A stretch of 64,000 nucleotides of DNA from Eubacteriales bacterium (GCA_045645405.1 JAZRIQ010000044.1:12152-76151), one strand, 5' to 3'. Shown: positions 28,175 to 36,911, counted from the first letter of the stretch. Notes: generated from the letters alone by a model not told the origin. Made by a program: numbers and translations.

Positions 28175-29332
28175 TTACTTATTGGTTTTATTTGATATGC
28201 AATTTCTGATTTGCGTGCTACTTGTACCTTTTGTATAAGGAAAGTACACAATTTCTACACATTTATCAGCAAAAAACTGCTCATATTTTGCAAAACGCTC
28301 GGAGCCCTTATAATCACTACCCACAAAAAGCTTGTCAAATTTATGTAAGCACCAAGCATCGCTATCCTCTTTACAGGATACTACAACCTTATCAACATAT
28401 TTGCAAGCGCCCACAATTTCCATTCTTTCCTCAAACGGAATAAACGTTTCTTTTCCCTTATGAGAAGCATCAGGATGAACGCCAACAATAAGATAATCGC
28501 ATTGTGCCTTCGCCTTGCGGAGCAAATTCAAATGTCCTATATGAAACAAATCAAAGGTTCCTGATAAATATCCAACCTTTATAGCGCGCTCAGACCTTAT
28601 TCTGCCCGATTGTTGCTTGTATTGATAGCTTTCCACTCCAAATTTGTGCGGATTTTCATTATACCTTGCTATCACTCCGTTGTACACCTCACCGTTAGGC
28701 ACAAAGAGCGTTTCTCTATCCTTTATCTTGCTTATAATTTCCGTAGCAAGCTCACTCAAGACAGATAAATCATTTTCTCCACCGTTAAACCTGGTTCCCT
28801 TAATAGAGCCCGGGCTGACATTCAATATGCGATTATTTATGCCGGCGCACTCAAGCTCAATATTCAAGCCTTCAACAAATTTGCATACTCCTGCCTTGGA
28901 TGCGGAATATACAGAAAACATAGGAGAGCTTACAAGTCCGGCTATTGAGCCCATTACTCCACAGTAAAAATCATTCTCATTTTTTATTCTGTCATAAAAT
29001 GCGCGAATTATTTTTAGAGTAGCGATTGTGTTTATTTTTATAACTCTGTCTATTTCAACAGGATGTAAGCACTCTAAATTCGCAATTCTTCCTATTCCTG
29101 CGGTTACAATCAAAAGCTTTACATTGTCATCCTTGCTTAATTCCTCAAACTTTTCATAAGGAAAGTCACACAAGTCGCAGTACATAAAGCTTCCTTGACT
29201 TTCTTCAAACTCCGTTGCCGGCTCACACTTGTCGATTATTGTCACATAATACTCTTGCTTTATCAACTCATTTACTATCGCAAGTCCTATCCCATTGCTT
29301 CCGCCAACAACGACGGCTTTGTTTTTACTCAT
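28175..29332 (-). CDS. Fusion protein: N-terminal short-chain dehydrogenase/reductase plus C-terminal TagD-type cytidylyltransferase
   Basis: 385 aa. The SDR half has VVVGGSNGIGLAI and YSASKAG (YxxxK). The cytidylyltransferase half has GTFDLFHIGHLNLLRKAK (HxGH) and TKGTSSTQIR. Confidence 0.75.
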   Translation of the reverse strand: MSKNKAVVVGGSNGIGLAIVNELIKQEYYVTIIDKCEPATEFEESQGSFMYCDLCDFPYEKFEELSKDDNVKLLIVTAGIGRIANLECLHPVEIDRVIKINTIATLKIIRAFYDRIKNENDFYCGVMGSIAGLVSSPMFSVYSASKAGVCKFVEGLNIELECAGINNRILNVSPGSIKGTRFNGGENDLSVLSELATEIISKIKDRETLFVPNGEVYNGVIARYNENPHKFGVESYQYKQQSGRIRSERAIKVGYLSGTFDLFHIGHLNLLRKAKAQCDYLIVGVHPDASHKGKETFIPFEERMEIVGACKYVDKVVVSCKEDSDAWCLHKFDKLFVGSDYKGSERFAKYEQFFADKCVEIVYFPYTKGTSSTQIRNCISNKTNK

Positions 29333-29352
29333 ACAAATTTCTCCATTAAACG

Positions 29353-30177
29353 TTAGTCTTCCTTGAAATACGCCTCAAATGAATGATGAGAAACTCTTTT
29401 ATTCTCAGGTGGCAATTCCATATAGTTTCCGTATATGTTTGAAAGGTAAGCGTGATAATTCTTGAACGCCTTAAAGGTTTTTCCCTCAAATGCCATATCT
29501 ATGTATTCCTTGAAAATTTCCGTTTCCATTATGTCCTTCTTTCTATACGAGCTACTTATACAAGCAGAGTACAGGCATTGCTCAAAGGAATTTTTTCTGA
29601 ACCTTTTATTCAAGGATTTGATAATTCTTTGAGAAGACACAAAACGGCTCATTACAAAAAACGCAAATCTTATCGGCTCATATTTCCAAGAACGCGTCTT
29701 GCTTCTTTTGAATTTTTTCCAATTCTTTGCCACAAGAAGCTCTCTTTTAAAGCTCGTTTTACTGAATTCCTTTTTAGCAGCCTCATACGTATCTGCCAAG
29801 CCATCTACAGGGAATACGTCAATATAAACTCCCATCTCAATATTGTCAGGATTACTGAAATCCTCTATAATGACAGTGTCCTTTGCCATTGCCTTCGCAA
29901 ACACGTATTTGTACTTGTCGTTTGTTTCTGCGCAAAGCATATTGAACGGTACCGGATTGGACTTACAGTATTCAATAAATCTGTCATAATCCGGTCTTGG
30001 CATAAAAATATCAATATCGTCATCCCAAGGTATAAATCCTCCGTGACGAACTGCGCCAAGTAACGTACCTGCCGCTAACGAGTATCTTATGTTTTGCTGT
30101 TGGCAAATATCGTGTATCTTACAAAGAACATCCAGCTCTATTTTCTTAAGCTCTGCTAAATCTATTTTTTTCATCAT
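29353..30177 (-). CDS. LicD-family phosphotransferase
   Basis: 274 aa. Contains LAAGTLLGAVRHGGFIPWDDDIDIFMPRPDY. Confidence 0.8.
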   Translation of the reverse strand: MMKKIDLAELKKIELDVLCKIHDICQQQNIRYSLAAGTLLGAVRHGGFIPWDDDIDIFMPRPDYDRFIEYCKSNPVPFNMLCAETNDKYKYVFAKAMAKDTVIIEDFSNPDNIEMGVYIDVFPVDGLADTYEAAKKEFSKTSFKRELLVAKNWKKFKRSKTRSWKYEPIRFAFFVMSRFVSSQRIIKSLNKRFRKNSFEQCLYSACISSSYRKKDIMETEIFKEYIDMAFEGKTFKAFKNYHAYLSNIYGNYMELPPENKRVSHHSFEAYFKED

Positions 30178-30257
30178 TCAATTACCTTTCCTAAAACATC
30201 TATGTCCGCCGATTGATAAAACCAGCCTTATCACTCTTAAGTCCGCAGGATAGCATA

Positions 30258-31088
30258 CTACGCTTTTTTCGCCTTGCTTCTTGCCAGTTTTTTGTAAAGG
30301 AAGCCTCTTATCTTGTTTGGCAAAAGCACGCATTGTACAAGGCGTATGAAAATATTCTTCGAGTATTTGAAGAAGCCTATCATACCGTTCTTTCTTTTGA
30401 ATTTTTCAAGCTCCTTAAGCGCCTTAAAGTACGCATATCCACCTCTGCGTGAGTACATATCATAGCCTACTCTTACGTAAACCAGCGTGTCGGGCAGGTT
30501 CATAAATCTGCATCCGCAAAGCATCATTCTACACCACATATAGTAGTCCTCAACGAAGTGCAATTCGATATAGTTTCCCGCCTTTAAAACAGCGCTTTTT
30601 CTAAACATAGCAGATACGTTGTTAATTGCGCTTCTGCTCTTCATATATTCCTTTATTTCTTCTTCCTCAAGAACGGTTTCTCTTATGCATACCACGTTAT
30701 CAACGTCGTCAACAAACTCTGCAATAGCACCGCCTACTACGTCTAAATAAGGCTTCTCCTCAAATACCTTTAGCTGAAGCTCAAATCTGTTAGGTACGGA
30801 AATATCGTCAGAGTCCATTCTGGCAATAATCTCGTGCTTTGCCATTTCCACTCCTACTCTGGATGCATTTCCCGAGCCGCCGTTTACCTCCAGCGGATAG
30901 TAGGATATAATCTTTTCATTTTCCACGTACTCGTCAATACAAGCCTGAAGCTCGCTTGGCACAGGACCGTCTCTTACCAACACAATTTCAGACGGCATTA
31001 CGGTTTGATTCAAAATGCTATCCATAGCCTGTTTAAAATGCTCAACCGTTTCCTTTTTATAAACTGTCATAAGAACAGAAAATTCCAT
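30258..31088 (-). CDS. GT2-family glycosyltransferase
   Basis: 276 aa. N-terminus FSVLMTVYKKE, and an acidic RMDSDD motif (DxD-like) is present. Confidence 0.75.
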   Translation of the reverse strand: MEFSVLMTVYKKETVEHFKQAMDSILNQTVMPSEIVLVRDGPVPSELQACIDEYVENEKIISYYPLEVNGGSGNASRVGVEMAKHEIIARMDSDDISVPNRFELQLKVFEEKPYLDVVGGAIAEFVDDVDNVVCIRETVLEEEEIKEYMKSRSAINNVSAMFRKSAVLKAGNYIELHFVEDYYMWCRMMLCGCRFMNLPDTLVYVRVGYDMYSRRGGYAYFKALKELEKFKRKNGMIGFFKYSKNIFIRLVQCVLLPNKIRGFLYKKLARSKAKKA

Positions 31089-31198
31089 ATTCTCTACCTC
31101 TTGTCTAAAGTGTTTTTCTTCTTCTCCGCCGCCAAATAAAGCCTAAATGAAATCAAATAAAATAATAAATATATATGCGGTCTATGTTATAATAACAT

Positions 31199-31227
31199 TT
31201 TTTAAAATATTTGTCAATACAAAACGC
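31199..31227 (-). promoter_or_regulatory. Candidate promoter of the polysaccharide locus
   Basis: Minus strand reads TTGACA, 17 nt, TATTAT. It ends about 110 nt upstream of the GT2 start. Confidence 0.45.
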
Positions 31228-31240
31228 CAAAAAACAAAAT

Positions 31241-31268
31241 TTCAAGCGCCAATAAATTGACGCTTGAA
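31241..31268 (-). terminator. Terminator after the cyclophilin gene
   Basis: Stem TTCAAGCG / CGCTTGAA with a 12-nt loop. A T-rich run follows on the minus strand. Confidence 0.45.
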
Positions 31269-31270
31269 AA

Positions 31271-31882
31271 TCATTTTTCAATTATGGTTATTTTTTCAAT
31301 AATGGGCTTATTATCGTCAGTAACGGTAAGGGCGGAAATAATATCCATTCCCTCTGTAACCTCGCCAAAGGCTGTACAAGTCTTATCAAGAGAAGCATCG
31401 TCCTTTACAGTTATGAAGAATTCAGCGGGATTTACGTAATCGCTCATCTCCAGCTCCATTGAAATAACACCCTTGCTATGTGTAATACCGTTGTCCTTTT
31501 CTCCGTAAATTCTTACAGCATCGCTTCTTTCCTCACCGCCGAAAATTTGACCTTCGGTGGACTTGAAAAAGCACTCTCCGTCATAAGCACCGTTTCTTGC
31601 AAGCTCCACGAATTTAGCTACGGTTTTAGGAGCTTTTTCGCTATTTAACTTAACCGTAACAACTCCCTTATCCTTGATTTGAATTTGCGCCGTGTATTTT
31701 GGTGGCGGAGCTTCGTAATTTGCCACGATTATCCAAGTGGTTAAACCACCCACAAGCAAAACCGCAAGAACGATTGACACTATAGACACTATATGCAAAA
31801 TCTTTCTTTTTTTCTTTGCCCTTTGCGCCTCTTTTTCCATCTGGGCTTTTCTTTTTTTAGTCAAAGGTTTTTTATTTGCCAT
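31271..31882 (-). CDS. Membrane-anchored cyclophilin-type peptidyl-prolyl isomerase
   Basis: 203 aa. A basic N-terminus and one TM are followed by a cyclophilin fold (KTVAKFVELARNGAYDG, GVISME, AFGEVTEGMDII). Confidence 0.75.
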   Translation of the reverse strand: MANKKPLTKKRKAQMEKEAQRAKKKRKILHIVSIVSIVLAVLLVGGLTTWIIVANYEAPPPKYTAQIQIKDKGVVTVKLNSEKAPKTVAKFVELARNGAYDGECFFKSTEGQIFGGEERSDAVRIYGEKDNGITHSKGVISMELEMSDYVNPAEFFITVKDDASLDKTCTAFGEVTEGMDIISALTVTDDNKPIIEKITIIEK

Positions 31883-31976
31883 AATTACCTCACAAAATTT
31901 ATTCGCAATACTATTTTAGCACAAATACGGCAATAAATCAACTGCTTTTTACCTTTCAAAAAATCTTAATAACGTA

Positions 31977-32005
31977 TTGACTTTAGAGAATTTTTGTGCT
32001 ATACT
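31977..32005 (+). promoter_or_regulatory. Promoter of the SCIFF operon
   Basis: Reads TTGACT, 17 nt, TATACT. It ends 35 nt upstream of the scfA ATG. SD GGAGGA lies at about 32026. Confidence 0.55.
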
Positions 32006-32039
32006 TTTCTCAACTAAATGTTAATCGGAGGATTTCATA

Positions 32040-32180
32040 ATGGAACACATTAAGACACTCAATACAGGTAATCTTTGCGAAAGCGCTAAGAACGGTGGCT
32101 GTGGTGAATGCCAAACATCCTGCCAATCTGCTTGCAAAACAAGCTGTGGTATCGCAAATCAGCAGTGCGAAAACAAATAA
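32040..32180 (+). CDS. scfA: SCIFF (six-cysteines-in-forty-five) ribosomal peptide precursor
   Basis: Not in the ORF track because it is under 60 aa. My translation is MEHIKTLNTGNLCESAKNGGCGECQTSCQSACKTSCGIANQQCENK. The GGCGECQTSCQSACKTSC core is the SCIFF signature. A good SD is present and the gene lies directly upstream of the radical-SAM maturase. Confidence 0.9.
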   Translation: MEHIKTLNTGNLCESAKNGGCGECQTSCQSACKTSCGIANQQCENK

Positions 32181-32188
32181 TTGATTTT

Positions 32189-32216
32189 AAAAAGGCTGCT
32201 ACGAAGCAGCTTTTTT
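32189..32216 (+). terminator. Intra-operon terminator/attenuator after scfA
   Basis: Stem GGCTGCT-acga-AGCAGCT, followed by TTTTTT. Confidence 0.6.
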
Positions 32217-32221
32217 AATTA

Positions 32222-32350
32222 GTGACCGGTGGTCAGTGACTAGTGGTCAGTAATTAGATATTTTTTCAAATTCACAAACGCTATGAAAGGATTGTCAGTT
32301 CGTTTTTAGCAGTCGTAGCTATCTACTAGCCACTAACCACTGACCACTGA
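32222..32350 (+). repeat. Complete heptamer-armed palindromic element (copy B)
   Basis: 5' arm GTGACCG GTGGTCA GTGACTA GTGGTCA GTAATTA GAT. A 61-nt core follows. 3' arm ATCTAC TAGCCAC TAACCAC TGACCAC TGA. Confidence 0.85.
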
Positions 32351-32352
32351 AT

Positions 32353-33735
32353 ATGATACATCAATATAAATTAAACGGCTACAACGTTGTAATCGACGTA
32401 TGCTCCGGAGGAGTACACGTGGTTGACGATATTGCCTACGATATAATAGAAAAATTCGAAAATCAAACACAGGATGCGGTAATTTCGTCGATTTACGGAA
32501 AATACGCGTCTGAAAAGGACGTAACTAAGGAAGAGATTGAAGCTCTTTACAATGAAATTTTAGGAATGAAAAAAGCAGGTCAGCTTTTTACTCCCGACAC
32601 CTTTGAGCCAATGGCAGACAAGCTTAAGCAAAAGACCTCGGGCGTTATTAAAGCTCTGTGCCTGCACGTGGCTCATACCTGCAACTTAAATTGCTCCTAC
32701 TGCTTTGCTTCACAGGGCAAATATCACGGTGAAAGAGCAATAATGTCTTTAGACGTGGCTAAAAGAGCCCTTGATTTCTTAATTGAAAATTCCGGCACGC
32801 GCCGCAATTTGGAGGTTGACTTCTTCGGCGGAGAGCCGCTTATGAATTTTCAAATGCTCAAGGATTTAGTTAAATATGCAAGAGAAATCGAAAAGAAGCA
32901 CAACAAAAATTTCCGTTTTACTCTTACGACAAACGGAGTTCTTATTGACGATGACGTAATTGATTTTGCCAACCGTGAAATGAGCAACGTTGTCCTCAGC
33001 CTTGACGGCCGAAAAGAAGTTCACGACAGATACAGGGTAGACTATGCAGGCAACGGAAGCTGGGAGAAAATCGTTCCCAAGTTCCAAAAGCTTGTTGATG
33101 CACGCGGCGGCAAAAACTACTATATGCGCGGCACCTTCACTCACGCAAACCCTGACTTTTTAGAGGATATTAAGGTCATGCTTGACCTTGGCTTTAATGA
33201 GCTTTCAATGGAGCCTGTAGTTTGCGCAAAGGGTGACAAGGAGGAATTAACCGAGGCTGATTTTCCTATCGTTTGTCAGCAGTACGAGGAGCTTGCAAAA
33301 TTGATGCTTAAAAAAGATAAGGAAAAGAAGCCGTTTACATTCTATCACTATATGATTGACCTGAAGGGCGGCCCCTGTATCTATAAAAGAATATCCGGCT
33401 GCGGCTCAGGAACAGAATATATGGCTGTTACTCCTTGGGGCGACCTTTACCCCTGCCACCAGTTCGTAGGCGAGGAAAAATACAAGCTTGGCGACATTTA
33501 TAACGGTGTTACAAACAAGGAGGCTCAAAATGAATTTGCTTCCTGCAACGTTTATGCCCGTCCCGACTGTAAGGATTGCTGGGCAAAGCTATATTGCTCC
33601 GGCGGATGCGCGGCAAACGCTTACCACGCAACAGGCTCTGTAAGAGGCGTATATAAATACGGCTGTGAGCTGTTCAAAAAGCGTATGGAATGCGCAATAA
33701 TGGTTGCAGCAGCCAGAGCATTAGAGGAAAACTAA
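32353..33735 (+). CDS. scfB: SCIFF radical-SAM/SPASM thioether-forming maturase
   Basis: 460 aa. N-terminus MIHQYKLNGYNVVIDV. The radical-SAM motif is CNLNCSYC, and the C-terminal region is Cys-rich and SPASM-like (CGSG...CxxCWAKLYCSGGC). Confidence 0.9.
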   Translation: MIHQYKLNGYNVVIDVCSGGVHVVDDIAYDIIEKFENQTQDAVISSIYGKYASEKDVTKEEIEALYNEILGMKKAGQLFTPDTFEPMADKLKQKTSGVIKALCLHVAHTCNLNCSYCFASQGKYHGERAIMSLDVAKRALDFLIENSGTRRNLEVDFFGGEPLMNFQMLKDLVKYAREIEKKHNKNFRFTLTTNGVLIDDDVIDFANREMSNVVLSLDGRKEVHDRYRVDYAGNGSWEKIVPKFQKLVDARGGKNYYMRGTFTHANPDFLEDIKVMLDLGFNELSMEPVVCAKGDKEELTEADFPIVCQQYEELAKLMLKKDKEKKPFTFYHYMIDLKGGPCIYKRISGCGSGTEYMAVTPWGDLYPCHQFVGEEKYKLGDIYNGVTNKEAQNEFASCNVYARPDCKDCWAKLYCSGGCAANAYHATGSVRGVYKYGCELFKKRMECAIMVAAARALEEN

Positions 33736-35066
33736 TGAAAACTCCTATTTGTCATTTTATTGAAAAGTACAAAAGAACCAAATCGGTAAGAATGCACGTA
33801 CCCGGACACAAGGGGAAATTTTATCCAAACGATATTACGGAAATTGACGGTGCAGACGCATTATACACAGCCGACGGCATAATAAAGGAAAGCGAAAATA
33901 ACGCCTCATACCTATTTGGCAGTTATATGACCTGCTATTCCGCCGAAGGCTCGTCACAATGCATTAAAACGATGCTTCACCTTGCCAAAATGTACAAAAA
34001 AGTGGCAGGACGTGGCTATGTAATAGCAGGACGCAACGCGCATTCTTCATTTATTTCCGCATCAATTCTTGCGGATTTTGACGTAAAATGGATATACCCA
34101 AAAAACTACAAATCCTATTTAAGCTGTGAAATAAACCCAAGCGAGCTTGACGTTATGCTTTCAAAAGAAGAAGCTTCTCCCTTTGCCGTTTACGTAACAA
34201 GCCCCGATTATCTCGGAAACGTGAGCGATATTAAAGGGATAAGCGAGGTTTGCAAAAAGCACGGCGTAATTCTCATTGTGGACAATGCACACGGAGCGTA
34301 TTTGCGGTTTTTAGAAAAATCTGCCCACCCTCTTGATTTGGGTGCGGATATGTGCTGTGATTCCGCTCATAAAACCTTGCCCGCGCTAACAGGGGCAGCT
34401 TATTTGCACATTTCAAAAAATGCCCCTGCATTTTTTAGCCAACACGTAAAAAGCGTAATGTGCCTTTACGGCTCAACAAGCCCGTCGTATCTTATTTTAA
34501 AATCTCTCGACAAGGTCAATAAATATATCGAAAACGGATACAGGGAACGACTTTCTTCTGTTTTGAATAAAATTTCAAGCATTAAAAGCCATCTTCAAAA
34601 TTTAGGGTATAGCTTTGTTGGTAACGAAGGATTAAAGATAACAATTGATACGAAGGCTTATGGATATAACGGCAAGGATTTTGCAAAAACGCTTATGGAC
34701 GTAAAAATCTATCCCGAGTTTTACGACGATGATTTCGTTGTTCTTATGGCATCGAGCGAAACAAGCGACTACGAGCTTGACTACCTTTTTGGTGTTCTTT
34801 ACGCCACACAAAAAAAGGAAGCTATCAAAAAGCCTCGCTTTAGCTATACACCACTTGACACGCAAATTTGCCCAAGAGAAGCGTATTTTTCAGAAAAAGT
34901 CCTTGTAAGTGTGGATAATTCATTGGATAGTATTTATGCGGATACAACCGTTTCCTGCCCTCCTGCCGTTTCAATAGCGGTATGCGGTGAAAAAATCAAC
35001 CAAAGCGCAATAGACCTTTTTAAATACTACGGTATTGAAAACGTTTACGTAATTAAAAATAATTAA
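33735..35066 (+). CDS. PLP-dependent Orn/Lys/Arg decarboxylase-family protein
   Basis: The ORF track starts at 33690. I prefer the ATG at 33735 (MKTPICHF), which overlaps the scfB stop as TAATG. Motifs MHVPGHKG, DNAHGAY and SAHKTLPALTG (PLP lysine) are present. Confidence 0.75.
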   Translation: MKTPICHFIEKYKRTKSVRMHVPGHKGKFYPNDITEIDGADALYTADGIIKESENNASYLFGSYMTCYSAEGSSQCIKTMLHLAKMYKKVAGRGYVIAGRNAHSSFISASILADFDVKWIYPKNYKSYLSCEINPSELDVMLSKEEASPFAVYVTSPDYLGNVSDIKGISEVCKKHGVILIVDNAHGAYLRFLEKSAHPLDLGADMCCDSAHKTLPALTGAAYLHISKNAPAFFSQHVKSVMCLYGSTSPSYLILKSLDKVNKYIENGYRERLSSVLNKISSIKSHLQNLGYSFVGNEGLKITIDTKAYGYNGKDFAKTLMDVKIYPEFYDDDFVVLMASSETSDYELDYLFGVLYATQKKEAIKKPRFSYTPLDTQICPREAYFSEKVLVSVDNSLDSIYADTTVSCPPAVSIAVCGEKINQSAIDLFKYYGIENVYVIKNN

Positions 35067-35070
35067 ATAA

Positions 35071-35107
35071 AAAAACCGGAAATTCCTTTGAATTTCCGGT
35101 TTTTTAT
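35071..35107. terminator. Bidirectional terminator between convergent genes
   Basis: 12-bp stem AACCGGAAATTC-cttt-GAATTTCCGGTT, flanked by an A-run and a T-run. Confidence 0.75.
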
Positions 35108-35114
35108 TAAAATT

Positions 35115-36881
35115 TTATTTTTGTCCCCACTCTACGTTGCTTTCGCCGTTCCAGTCGTTGTTCCAGCCCTCAGGCTTTGCGTCAAGCTCGCATTTTATTG
35201 TAAGCTGTGGGCAATTGGCAAAGGCGTTTGTGTAAATTTTCTCCACGTCCTTGGAAATTTTAACGCTTACAAGAGAGGTACAACCGTCAAACGAATTCGA
35301 ACCGACGTATGTTTCCTTTGTAAGTACGATTTCACTTGCAAGAGATACGCAACCCTTGAATGCGTCGTTTCCTATTACCTCAAGCGCCGTTGGCAAAACA
35401 ACGCTTTCAAGGGCAACGCAACCGAAAAAGGCTTCTCTGCCGATTTCCTTAACAGCAGTTCCAAGAATTACCTTTTCAAGAGAAGTACACTCCTTAAATG
35501 CATAAGCACCTATATATGGCGCACTATTATTTATTATAACCGTTTTCAACCCACAACGGTAAAATGCGTTAATATCTATTTTTTCAACTTTTTTGGGTAT
35601 CGTAACTCTTTCAAGATAGGTACAGCCCTTGAATGCCTCCTCACATATTATGCGAGTGTTTTCGTGTATCTTAACCGTTGTAATATCATTACTCTTTGCT
35701 TTAACAAGAAATGCATAAGGATTTGCCGCATCGCCTAAATAGCAGCCGTTTTCATACTCGTTGTAAACAAGTCTATCACAGTTGAGTGATATTCGACCTT
35801 CAATATTTACTATCGTGCTTGGTACAACCAATTTTTCAAGATACTCACACCTGTAAAAAGCGCTTACGCCTATTGATTCTACCGTGCCGGGAAGACACGC
35901 CGTTTTTATTGAGCTGTATGCAAAAGCACTGTATCCTATTTTCTTCAAGCCGTCGTTAAAGGGAAATTCAGTCATTTTAACACAGTAACAAAATGCCTGA
36001 GCGCCTATTTCCTCAATTTCACATTCTCCGGTAACAGATACAAGCTTTTGAGAATTATAGAATGCTCCCTTACCTATTTTCTTAACACCGCTTCCCAAGA
36101 CTACTCTTTCAAGCTGACTGCATTCATAAAACGCTTCCTCGCCTATAACCTCTACGCTGTTTGGAATAACTATTTCCTTTAGTCTTGAGCAATTTTTAAA
36201 GGCTTTACTCATTATGGTGGTAACTCCCTCCGGAATTGTTGCCACCCCGTCAATTATTTGGTTTTGGTTAAAGTGTACGAGAGTTTTTCCGTCCTTTGTA
36301 TAAATACTTCCGTTAACGGATTTGTAATTCTGATTATTCTCGTCAATAATTACCTCGTTAAGGGACCAGCAGCCGAGGAATACTCCGCTTCCGATTTTTT
36401 TAACGGTTGCCGGAATATAAATTTTCTCAAGATGGCTGCAATAGCAAAATGCCTCGTTTTCAATAATCTCAAGCCCGTAGGGAAGCTCTATTTCCGTCAC
36501 CTTTCTGACGCCGTCAAAGGCATTTGCACCTATATAAGTAACGTCTTTTCCAAATTTGATTTTTTTAATATTATCGCAACCGACAAAAGCATTACTGTCG
36601 ATACGGGTTATTCCGTCGGGAATTACCACCTTGGTAACGTAATCAAAGTCGCGAAATGCGTTTGAGCCGATACAGGTTATCGGTTGCCCCGCTATCTTAT
36701 TTGGTATTCTCAAGGTTCCGTCCATATCGCTGTTTCTTCTGCCTGTAATAAAGCTGGTACCGTCGTTGTTATCAACGTATCTGAACACACTCCTCGGTAA
36801 ATTTATAAACACTACTGCGCCTATTATAACCGCAACAATAAATCCTAAAATGCTTAAGCCAATTATCTTACCCTTGGACAT
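35115..36881 (-). CDS. BspA-type leucine-rich-repeat (LRR_5) surface protein with an N-terminal membrane anchor
   Basis: 588 aa. It has many repeats of the type IP.sV..IG..AF..C..L. The C-terminus reads KCELDAKPEGWNNDWNGESNVEWGQK. Confidence 0.75.
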   Translation of the reverse strand: MSKGKIIGLSILGFIVAVIIGAVVFINLPRSVFRYVDNNDGTSFITGRRNSDMDGTLRIPNKIAGQPITCIGSNAFRDFDYVTKVVIPDGITRIDSNAFVGCDNIKKIKFGKDVTYIGANAFDGVRKVTEIELPYGLEIIENEAFCYCSHLEKIYIPATVKKIGSGVFLGCWSLNEVIIDENNQNYKSVNGSIYTKDGKTLVHFNQNQIIDGVATIPEGVTTIMSKAFKNCSRLKEIVIPNSVEVIGEEAFYECSQLERVVLGSGVKKIGKGAFYNSQKLVSVTGECEIEEIGAQAFCYCVKMTEFPFNDGLKKIGYSAFAYSSIKTACLPGTVESIGVSAFYRCEYLEKLVVPSTIVNIEGRISLNCDRLVYNEYENGCYLGDAANPYAFLVKAKSNDITTVKIHENTRIICEEAFKGCTYLERVTIPKKVEKIDINAFYRCGLKTVIINNSAPYIGAYAFKECTSLEKVILGTAVKEIGREAFFGCVALESVVLPTALEVIGNDAFKGCVSLASEIVLTKETYVGSNSFDGCTSLVSVKISKDVEKIYTNAFANCPQLTIKCELDAKPEGWNNDWNGESNVEWGQK

Positions 36882-36911
36882 ACACCTATCTCCTTGACAT
36901 TCATTTATATA

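Noticed and set aside
29452-30063. Long antisense ORFs opposite real genes (e.g. 29452-30063, 7927-8442, 35088-35738, 53225-53653, 49812-50255, 40042-40428)
   Set aside because: Each lies fully inside a gene that has clear family motifs on the other strand. Their translations are low-complexity and carry no recognisable domains.
33690-33734. Upstream start (33690) for the decarboxylase-family gene
   Set aside because: That start would overlap scfB by 46 nt and add a non-homologous MRNNGCSSQSIRGKL extension. The ATG at 33735 gives the typical N-terminus and a TAATG coupling.
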